A stretch of 32,000 nt of DNA from contig NZ_JAUXOY010000005.1 of the NCBI RefSeq assembly GCF_030684185.1, forward strand, positions 1-32,000, given 5' to 3'. Within the stretch, counting starts at the first letter, position 1. The number at the start of each line of letters is the position of its first letter. A program made the translations under genes and the position numbers. Shown here one piece after another: positions 25,250 through 32,000 of this stretch. The notes under the pieces are model-generated. The model saw nothing but the letters and a program-made list of their open reading frames with translations, ran no database searches and had not been told where the DNA came from. The stretch is from Methylotenera sp. GTDB lineage: Bacteria; Pseudomonadota; Gammaproteobacteria; Burkholderiales; Methylophilaceae.

Positions 25250-28200
25250 TTACAGCAACACCTTCTCAATCCCGCCGTTATTCACTCGTTTCACATATTC
25301 CTGCATCCAATTCTCACCAAGAATATGCTTTGCCATCTCCACCACAATGTAATCTGCCTCTATACCAGTATCTTCACCATAGCGCGCTAAACCTTGCAAG
25401 CAACTTGGGCATGAGGTGAGAATTTTCACTTTTTCTTCAGGCGCACCCACTGTTAGGCCCATTTTACCCATGCCTTTTTCAAGCTCTTCTTGCTTGCGCA
25501 TTTTTACCTGTGTTGCAATGTCCGGGCGGGCGACAGCGAATGTGCCGCTTTCACCACAGCAACGATCATTCAATTGCACATCCGTTCCCATCAGCTTATT
25601 GGTCACTTCTAGCGGCTTATAGGTCTTCATCGGTGTGTGGCATGGGTCGTGGTACATATAGCGCGTGCCAGTAATGCCTTTTAACTTCATGTCTTTTTCC
25701 ATTAGATATTCATGAATATCTAACAAACGGCAACCTGGGAATATCTTTTCAAACTCGTATTTTTGCAGCTGGTCCATACACGTGCCGCAAGACACAATCA
25801 CCGTTTTAATATCAAGATAATTAAGCGTATTAGCAACACGATGGAATAACACGCGATTATCCGTGGTGATTTGCTGGCCTTTATCATGATTGCCACTTGA
25901 CGTTTGCGGGTAGCCGCAACATAAATAGCCAGGCGGCAATACGGTAATGGCGCCTGATTCATACAGCATGGCTTGTGTGGCTAAACCTACGTTTGAGAAT
26001 AACCGCTCTGAACCACAGCCCGGAAAGTAAAACACCGCCTCTGAGTCTTCCGTCACCTTTTTCGGGTTACGGATTACTGGAATCATACTGTCATCTTCTA
26101 TGCCCAATAGCGCACGTGAAGTTTTGGTCGGCATTTTTTTCGGCATAGGTCGATTTATAAAATGAATCACCTGTGCTTTAATTTCAGGCTTACCAACTGT
26201 GGCTGGCGGCCTGATTTTGTCTTTTAACAGATGAAACTTTTTAGCCAGGCCATGCGCAAAACTTTGTGCTCTGTAGCCAATCGTCACCATAAAGGTGCGC
26301 ATCAACTTGATGGTGGCAGGATCTTTTGCATTCAAGAATGCCATGCCTAGTGCGGTACCTGGGTTAAATTGCTTTTTACCTTGTTCACGCAAAAAGTTAC
26401 GCATGGCAACAGATACATCGCCAAAATCAATATCTACAGGGCATGGGTTTAAACATTTATGGCACACCGTGCAATGATCTGCCACGTCATTAAATTCATC
26501 AAAGTGTTTGAGTGAAATACCACGCCGTGTTTGCTCTTCATACAGAAATGCTTCGATTAAGAGTGAAGTACCTAAAATCTTGTTGCGCGGACTGTATAGC
26601 AAATTGGCTCTAGGCACGTGTGTGGTACAAACAGGTTTACATTTGCCGCAACGCAAACAATCACTGATTGAATCTGCAATTTCACCGATGGCTGATTGCT
26701 CCATGATGATAGATTCTTGTTCCAGCAAGCCAAAACTTGGCGTATAGGCGTTTTCAAGCCCTGAACCAGCCAGTAATTTACCTTTGTTAAAGTGGCCATT
26801 CGGGTCTACTTTATTTTTGTACTTGGTAAATGCTTCAATAGTCGAGGTTTCCAAAAATTCCATTTTGGTGATACCAATACCATGCTCTCCAGAAATAACG
26901 CCATCTAGTCCTTTTGCCAACGCCATGACCCGCGCAACGGCTTCGTGCGCCTCATTCATCATTTCATAATCGTCTGAATTTACAGGAATGTTAGTATGTA
27001 CGTTGCCATCACCAGCATGCATGTGCAAGGCAATAAACACACGGCCTTTGAGCACAGCCTTGTGAATCTCATCGCACTTATCCAGTATTTTTTGATACTC
27101 GCGCCCAGCAAAAATGTCGGCCATAGGGCGCTTGAGTTCACGCTTCCATGAGATACGCAAATCGTAAGACTGCACCGCACGGAATACATTTTCGTATTCA
27201 TTCAAGCCACTAGCAGCTTCACCTAATACAGACGTTAAAGCAGAAACAGGCGCATCTAAGCTATCTAAAATCAACCTCCAGTTTGCACGTAACTTAGCGA
27301 TAAGCTGTAACGCCATTACCTGCTTGGTTTTTACCATTTCAGCATCAGCATTGCCATCTTCATCGGCTTGCAAGGGCAAATCGCCTTGCATAAACACATC
27401 CAAAGCATCTAGTAATTGGAGCTTGTTTTTAATTGAAAGCTCAATATTAATGCGTTCAATACCGTCCGAATAATCGCCCAGGCGCGGCAATGGAATCACC
27501 ACATCTTCGTTGATTTTAAAGGCATTGGTATGCTTGGCAATAGCGGCAGTGCGTGCCCGATCTAGCCAGAACTTTTTACGTGCTTCAGCTGAAACCGCAA
27601 TAAAACCTTCACCATTTCGGGCATTGCATAAACGCACTATATGTGATGCCGCCTCGCCAACTGCGTTTTCATCATCAGAGGCAATATCAGCAATCAACAC
27701 CATTTTGGGACGTTGTTGGCGGGCGGCCTTAGTCGCATAGCCCACAGCTTTAATATAGCGCTCATCCATATGTTCCAAGCCTGCCATTAATACGAGCGGG
27801 TCTTTTCTGGCGGTAGCATCTAAATAATCTTTAATTTCCACAATGGCTGGTACAGCATGGGAAACATTGCCAAAGAACTCTAATGCAACGGTGCGAACAT
27901 GCTTAGGCATGCGATGTAAAATAAAGGTCGCGCTGGTAATCAAGCCATCACAGCCTTCTTTTTGTATGCCTGGTAAGCCAGATAAAAACTTATCCGTCAC
28001 GTCTTTACCTAAACCGATTTTACGGAAACTTGGTCCTGCAATTTCTAAAATCTCAGGTTTTGCCAGCAGTGTCTTCATGTCTTCTGCATAGCGGCTTACT
28101 TTAAAACGCGCGATTGCGATGTCATGAATTTTACCTAGATTGTGGTCTAACCGCTCCACCTCAAGCCACTCGGCATCTGGCGTTACCATACGCCATGAGG

Positions 28201-29140
28201 CCAGATTATCTAAGGCTGTACCCCAAAGTACCGCTTTTTTGCCCCCGGCATTCATGGCGACATTACCACCGATACAACTCGCATCTGCACTGGTAGGGTC
28301 ACAGGCAAATTCCAACCCTGCATCACTTGCAGCTTCCATCGCACGGCGTGTTACTACGCCAGCACCGCATTCAATAGTCGCCACTTGCCTTGAAACACCC
28401 GGTAGCGTGCGCATTTGCACACCACTATGCTGATCTAGCTTTTCAGTATTGATCACGGCTGACATCGGTGTGAGCGGAATAGCGCCGCCCGTATAACCGG
28501 TACCGCCACCGCGCGGTATGACAGTAAGTCCTAACTCAATACACGCACGCACCAAGGCGGCAATTTCTTTTTCCGTATCCGGATTTAACACCACAAACGG
28601 ATATTCAACACGCCAGTCAGTTGCATCGGTTACGTGTGAAACACGCGCCAAGCCGTCAAACTGTACGTTATCTTTACGGGTGATTTTTGTAAATTTAGCC
28701 AGCGCTTTTTTGCGTAAATCATAGGTTTGGCAGAAATCTTCAGCAAATTTTTCTACCGCTTGCCTAGCTGCATTCACCATCTTCTGGACTTTATCACTGG
28801 CCGTATTGCCAGTGTTTCGCTCATCAATCGCGGCAATACGATGCTGTAAAGCGTCAATTAAAGCTTTGCGACGTTTAGGATTTTCCAGCAAATCATCTTG
28901 CAAGTAAGGGTTACGTGTCACCACCCATAAATCCCCCAACACTTCAAACAACATACGAGCGCTACGACCTGTCTTACGTTCGCCACGTAAATCATTCAAG
29001 ATATGCCAGATATCTTCACCCAAGAACCGAATAACGATTTCGCGGTCTGAAAAAGAAGTGTAGTTATAAGGGATTTCGCGCAAACGCGCAGCAGGTTGTG
29101 GTTCTGCGTTCAAAATATTGCTAGATAAAGGTGCGTTCAT
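25250..29140 (-). CDS. Large fusion oxidoreductase: DUF3683-like N-terminus, FAD-linked oxidase (GlcD-like), 4Fe-4S dicluster and CCG domains (GlcF-like)
   Basis: FAD-binding PCMH region ([16 protein letters not shown]), oxidase C-domain ([14 protein letters not shown]), ferredoxin motifs [11 protein letters not shown] and [12 protein letters not shown], and Cys-rich CCG motifs ([15 protein letters not shown]). The ORF is 1296 aa. Confidence 0.9.
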   Translation of the reverse strand: MNAPLSSNILNAEPQPAARLREIPYNYTSFSDREIVIRFLGEDIWHILNDLRGERKTGRSARMLFEVLGDLWVVTRNPYLQDDLLENPKRRKALIDALQHRIAAIDERNTGNTASDKVQKMVNAARQAVEKFAEDFCQTYDLRKKALAKFTKITRKDNVQFDGLARVSHVTDATDWRVEYPFVVLNPDTEKEIAALVRACIELGLTVIPRGGGTGYTGGAIPLTPMSAVINTEKLDQHSGVQMRTLPGVSRQVATIECGAGVVTRRAMEAASDAGLEFACDPTSADASCIGGNVAMNAGGKKAVLWGTALDNLASWRMVTPDAEWLEVERLDHNLGKIHDIAIARFKVSRYAEDMKTLLAKPEILEIAGPSFRKIGLGKDVTDKFLSGLPGIQKEGCDGLITSATFILHRMPKHVRTVALEFFGNVSHAVPAIVEIKDYLDATARKDPLVLMAGLEHMDERYIKAVGYATKAARQQRPKMVLIADIASDDENAVGEAASHIVRLCNARNGEGFIAVSAEARKKFWLDRARTAAIAKHTNAFKINEDVVIPLPRLGDYSDGIERINIELSIKNKLQLLDALDVFMQGDLPLQADEDGNADAEMVKTKQVMALQLIAKLRANWRLILDSLDAPVSALTSVLGEAASGLNEYENVFRAVQSYDLRISWKRELKRPMADIFAGREYQKILDKCDEIHKAVLKGRVFIALHMHAGDGNVHTNIPVNSDDYEMMNEAHEAVARVMALAKGLDGVISGEHGIGITKMEFLETSTIEAFTKYKNKVDPNGHFNKGKLLAGSGLENAYTPSFGLLEQESIIMEQSAIGEIADSISDCLRCGKCKPVCTTHVPRANLLYSPRNKILGTSLLIEAFLYEEQTRRGISLKHFDEFNDVADHCTVCHKCLNPCPVDIDFGDVSVAMRNFLREQGKKQFNPGTALGMAFLNAKDPATIKLMRTFMVTIGYRAQSFAHGLAKKFHLLKDKIRPPATVGKPEIKAQVIHFINRPMPKKMPTKTSRALLGIEDDSMIPVIRNPKKVTEDSEAVFYFPGCGSERLFSNVGLATQAMLYESGAITVLPPGYLCCGYPQTSSGNHDKGQQITTDNRVLFHRVANTLNYLDIKTVIVSCGTCMDQLQKYEFEKIFPGCRLLDIHEYLMEKDMKLKGITGTRYMYHDPCHTPMKTYKPLEVTNKLMGTDVQLNDRCCGESGTFAVARPDIATQVKMRKQEELEKGMGKMGLTVGAPEEKVKILTSCPSCLQGLARYGEDTGIEADYIVVEMAKHILGENWMQEYVKRVNNGGIEKVLL

Positions 29141-29317
29141 TTTCTTTTTTTGTGAATAGCATGGCTATTAAAAGTGTGATTATAACATGCTGAAACCCTG
29201 CAAATAAGCGTAACTGTTTCATGGTTATTGGCGATTAGTCTATTCATTACTTTCAACTAAGCCTCAATACAATAATCATCAGGTTCGTTCCAAGAAAAAA
29301 TACGATAAACTATTGAT

Positions 29318-29833
29318 ATGAATGCATTGTTTAAAAAATCATTATTACCCATTGTTATTACAGTTTTATTGGCTTTACTGACATATCAACAATACAACAA
29401 ATCTAACGCACCAAATGTTACTTTTACCACTATCGAAGGTAAAAAAATCCCCATGTCGGCCTTAAAAGGCAAAGTGGTGCTAGTCAATTTTTGGGCGACC
29501 GATTGCAGCATCTGCATTAAAGAGATGCCTGAGTTAGTAAATTTTTACAATCTATACAAACATAAAGGTTTTGAGGTGATTGCCGTTGCAATGCCTGACG
29601 ACCCACCAGCGCAAGTACTGAATTACGCAACCATAAAAATGCTGCCCTTCCCTGTGATGCATGATGGCCTGGCAGAAATAACGAAAATGTTTGGTGATGT
29701 TGATTTAACACCTACAACTTTTATTTTTGATAAGCACGGAAAGCTTTTGCAACGTACAATTGGTGAAATTAATTTTATTAAACTGGGTCAATTACTAAAC
29801 ACTGAATTGTCCAATGGAGAGGTAACGAAATAA
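29318..29833 (+). CDS. TlpA/ResA-like periplasmic thiol:disulfide oxidoreductase
   Basis: N-terminal anchor or signal sequence. The thioredoxin fold carries VVLVNFWATDCSICIKEMPEL, so the CxxC is CSIC. Confidence 0.8.
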   Translation: MNALFKKSLLPIVITVLLALLTYQQYNKSNAPNVTFTTIEGKKIPMSALKGKVVLVNFWATDCSICIKEMPELVNFYNLYKHKGFEVIAVAMPDDPPAQVLNYATIKMLPFPVMHDGLAEITKMFGDVDLTPTTFIFDKHGKLLQRTIGEINFIKLGQLLNTELSNGEVTK

Positions 29834-30243
29834 TGCTGTGGATTAAGGCACTACATATCATTTTTGTCACAAGCTGGTTTGCAGGACTATTTTATTTACC
29901 GAGATTGCTAGTCAATCATGCCATGGTGACCGATGTTGCAACCTCGGAAAGACTAAAGCTAATGGAGCAAAAATTGTATCGCTTTATGTTGCCATTAGCC
30001 ATATTGGCATTAGCATTCGGCCTTTGGCTGTGGCTAGGTTATGGCATTTCAGGGCGCTGGATGCATCCCAAATTAACGCTTGTTGCAGTGCTGATAGGTT
30101 ATCATTTTTATTGTGGCAAACTCGTCAACGACTTTAAACAAGATAAAAATAAACACAGTCATGTTTGGTACCGCTGGTTCAATGAGCTACCAGTAGTCGT
30201 GCTAACCATCATTGTTATATTGGTTGTAGTTAAACCTTTCTAA
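29833..30243 (+). CDS. hemJ: Protoporphyrinogen IX oxidase, HemJ type
   Basis: The N-terminus MLWIKALHIIFVTSWFAGLFYLPRLLV is the HemJ (TIGR00701-like) signature. It has about 4 TM helices and 136 aa. Its start overlaps the preceding stop (TAATG). Confidence 0.85.
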   Translation: MLWIKALHIIFVTSWFAGLFYLPRLLVNHAMVTDVATSERLKLMEQKLYRFMLPLAILALAFGLWLWLGYGISGRWMHPKLTLVAVLIGYHFYCGKLVNDFKQDKNKHSHVWYRWFNELPVVVLTIIVILVVVKPF

Positions 30244-30275
30244 TCACACTTAAAACTCAGATAAAGATTTAATTG

Positions 30276-31055
30276 ATGGATATTTTCAATTCACAGTGGC
30301 TGCTAAATATGCTGGCCAAATCCAGCAAAACCCCGCAAGGGCGAATACTCAGCCTGTTCGACATCTTGCATGACTGGCTAACCGCACCCGATATTCAAGT
30401 GAAAATCTCATCCAATAGCACTGCGCTAAACTCACAACTCAGCGCATATTTTACTGAGCAGGCTATAGCAATAGGAGCGAGCAACCCGACAATTCTTGCA
30501 GAGCACATTGTGCTAATTGCACGAAATGCAGCGCAACAAGAGTTAAATCACCCTGGCAGCGGTAGCTTAGCCCATGCTAAAAAAGCTGCAAGTGCGCTTA
30601 TTTTGGCGCAAACACAAAAAGAATGGCCATTATTAAAGACTGTCAGCTCAAAATCTGCTGTCTATGGAATTGCTGCCAGTGTATTTTTATTCTTTGGTAT
30701 CGCCTCAATATGGTTACCAGAGTTGTTACATAGCAATCATCAGAAAATCACTCAGGCAAAAGCATTTAATGACAACAATATAAGGGTTGAAACAGTTATT
30801 GCCAAACAAGCTGACACTAAATTAACCGCAATAGATGCCGCCACCATGTACGCAAAATATGAGCAAATGCGTAATGGCACTTGCCAATTTCCGGAAGTAT
30901 TGCAAATACCAGACAAAGACAAAGCAATTTATTTAGAAAATGTAGTTGGAGGAAAATTACCAACCGACCTTGCGGATTTAGCGATTGCCAATTCATATTT
31001 AGAAAAAATACGTTGTAATTTCACGCCGATGTTAATGGCAAACTCCAAGAGCTAA
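30276..31055 (+). CDS. Single-pass membrane protein with an HTH-less, TetR C-terminal-domain-like N-terminus
   Basis: Residues 1 to about 115 align by eye with residues about 58-185 of the adjacent TetR. Examples are RILSLFDILHDWLTAPD vs KLQKLFEFIEEWVTSPD, and GSGSLAHAKKAASALI vs GSGAMKYAKKAAKILI. A TM helix (VYGIAASVFLFFGIASIWL) follows, then a domain of about 110 aa with two Cys. I prefer ATG 30276 to TTG 30273. Confidence 0.7.
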   Translation: MDIFNSQWLLNMLAKSSKTPQGRILSLFDILHDWLTAPDIQVKISSNSTALNSQLSAYFTEQAIAIGASNPTILAEHIVLIARNAAQQELNHPGSGSLAHAKKAASALILAQTQKEWPLLKTVSSKSAVYGIAASVFLFFGIASIWLPELLHSNHQKITQAKAFNDNNIRVETVIAKQADTKLTAIDAATMYAKYEQMRNGTCQFPEVLQIPDKDKAIYLENVVGGKLPTDLADLAIANSYLEKIRCNFTPMLMANSKS

Positions 31056-31102
31056 ATAAAAATTAAATGCTACGTATAATCAATGGCTACACAAAATAAT
31101 GA

Positions 31103-31132
31103 TTGCAAACAGCCTATACAGGTTTGTATAAT
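31103..31132 (+). promoter_or_regulatory. Putative sigma-70 promoter and palindromic operator of the TetR gene
   Basis: TTGCAA (31103-31108), an 18-nt spacer, then TATAAT (31127-31132). The palindrome TATACA-GGTT-TGTATA (31115-31130) overlaps the -10. The ATG at 31139 lies 7 nt after the -10 with no room for a Shine-Dalgarno sequence. Confidence 0.45.
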
Positions 31133-31138
31133 CAACGC

Positions 31139-31702
31139 ATGTCGACTTTACGTGAAAAGATACTAAATACAGCAACTGATCTGTTTCAAACCAGAGGTAT
31201 TAACTCAACTGGTGTTGATACGATTGTAGCTGTAGCAGGCACGACAAAGATGACACTCTATAAACACTTCGTAAGCAAAGAAAATTTAATACTTGAGGTG
31301 CTCGAAAAAGGCCATCAAGACTTTCAAAGCTGGTTAAGTGAAAAACTCAACAGCAACACAAAAAAACCAAGCGAAAAACTACAAAAGTTATTTGAGTTTA
31401 TTGAAGAATGGGTCACATCGCCAGACTTTCATGGCATGGGCTTTATTAAGGCATCGGCAGAATTTCCTAATGAGGAATGTCCGGTTCATCAGCTATCTTC
31501 AGAACAATCACGTCAATTCAGGCAATATATTAGTAGCCTGGCATCAGAAGCCAATATCCAGGATGCCGATGGCCTTGCGTTGCAGCTTTCATTATTGTTT
31601 GAAGGTGCCGTGCAGGCTGAACAAATGAAACGTGGCTCTGGCGCGATGAAATATGCCAAAAAAGCCGCCAAAATTCTAATTGATGGTGCAATTAAAGCTT
31701 AG
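31139..31702 (+). CDS. TetR/AcrR family transcriptional regulator
   Basis: N-terminal HTH (REKILNTATDLFQTRGINSTGVDTIVAVAGTTKMTLYKHFVSKENL). I prefer ATG 31139 to the track's TTG 31103. Confidence 0.88.
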   Translation: MSTLREKILNTATDLFQTRGINSTGVDTIVAVAGTTKMTLYKHFVSKENLILEVLEKGHQDFQSWLSEKLNSNTKKPSEKLQKLFEFIEEWVTSPDFHGMGFIKASAEFPNEECPVHQLSSEQSRQFRQYISSLASEANIQDADGLALQLSLLFEGAVQAEQMKRGSGAMKYAKKAAKILIDGAIKA

Positions 31703-31769
31703 CTTGCTTAAAACGGCCGTACTACAAGATAATGTCGTTTTAATCTAAACGCCAGAAAACGATATTCAA

Positions 31770-32000
31770 ATGCACACTCTTATCTGCGGTTCGCTCGCAT
31801 TCGACACCATCATGGTGTTTCAAGATCAATTCAAAAATCACATCTTGCCCGATAAAATTCACGCGCTAAGCGTGGCATTTTATGTACCTGAAATGCGTCG
31901 TGAGTTTGGCGGCACTGCCGGCAACATTGCTTATAATTTACAATTGCTGGAAGGCAATCCGCTGATTATGGCTACTGTGGGTGAAGATTTTTCTACTTAT
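31770..32000 (+). CDS. PfkB-family carbohydrate/nucleoside kinase (adenosine kinase-like); 5' part only, runs off the window
   Basis: My own translation from ATG 31770 is MHTLICGSLAFDTIMVFQDQFKNHILPDKIHALSVAFYVPEMRREFGGTAGNIAYNLQLLEGNP.... It is open to the window end and has the PfkB N-terminal GG motif region. Confidence 0.8.
   Translation, partial: MHTLICGSLAFDTIMVFQDQFKNHILPDKIHALSVAFYVPEMRREFGGTAGNIAYNLQLLEGNPLIMATVGEDFSTY

Noticed and set aside
29500-29515. Atypical thioredoxin active site WATDCSIC in the TlpA-like protein, instead of the usual WCxPC type
   Set aside because: CxxC dipeptide variation is widespread in TlpA/ResA-like proteins. Without an alignment I cannot say it is unusual.

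Overview
This window looks like a gene-dense, mostly housekeeping stretch of chromosome with low to moderate GC. Gene order and protein signatures suggest a betaproteobacterium, possibly a Methylophilaceae- or Nitrosomonadales-like methylotroph. That assignment is inferred from remembered synteny, not from a search. I support 33 protein-coding genes, the last one truncated by the window end. The main blocks are: pilD-coaE-zapD-yacG; a PCu(A)C copper chaperone; argJ, a DUF815 ATPase and a Nudix/ThiE-like fusion; cysS; a TPR protein, an L,D-transpeptidase, ppiA, ppiB and lpxH; ribH-nusB followed by a PP2C phosphatase, an FHA protein and a GAF/HD-GYP protein; an OFA-type MFS transporter; phoB-phoR with a clear Pho box; four envelope genes (three predicted lipoproteins and one membrane protein); a 1296-aa DUF3683/FAD/Fe-S oxidoreductase; a TlpA-like thioredoxin and hemJ; a membrane protein with a TetR C-domain-like N-terminus next to a complete TetR regulator; and the start of a PfkB kinase. 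I found no rRNA, tRNA, CRISPR array, transposase, integrase or recognisable defence genes. I see no compelling self-contained novel system. The items most worth a second look are: (1) an HTH-less, membrane-anchored paralog of the adjacent TetR regulator; (2) a kinase-less PP2C / dual-FHA / GAF-HD-GYP module; (3) a 16-17 bp tandem duplication of that module's translation start, which creates a chain of mini-ORFs; (4) a 137-bp element bounded by inverted repeats at the left window edge, next to an orphan gene where pilC would be expected; and (5) a strong hairpin with a T-run between phoB and phoR. All functional calls come from motif and family recognition by eye. No searches or computations were run.
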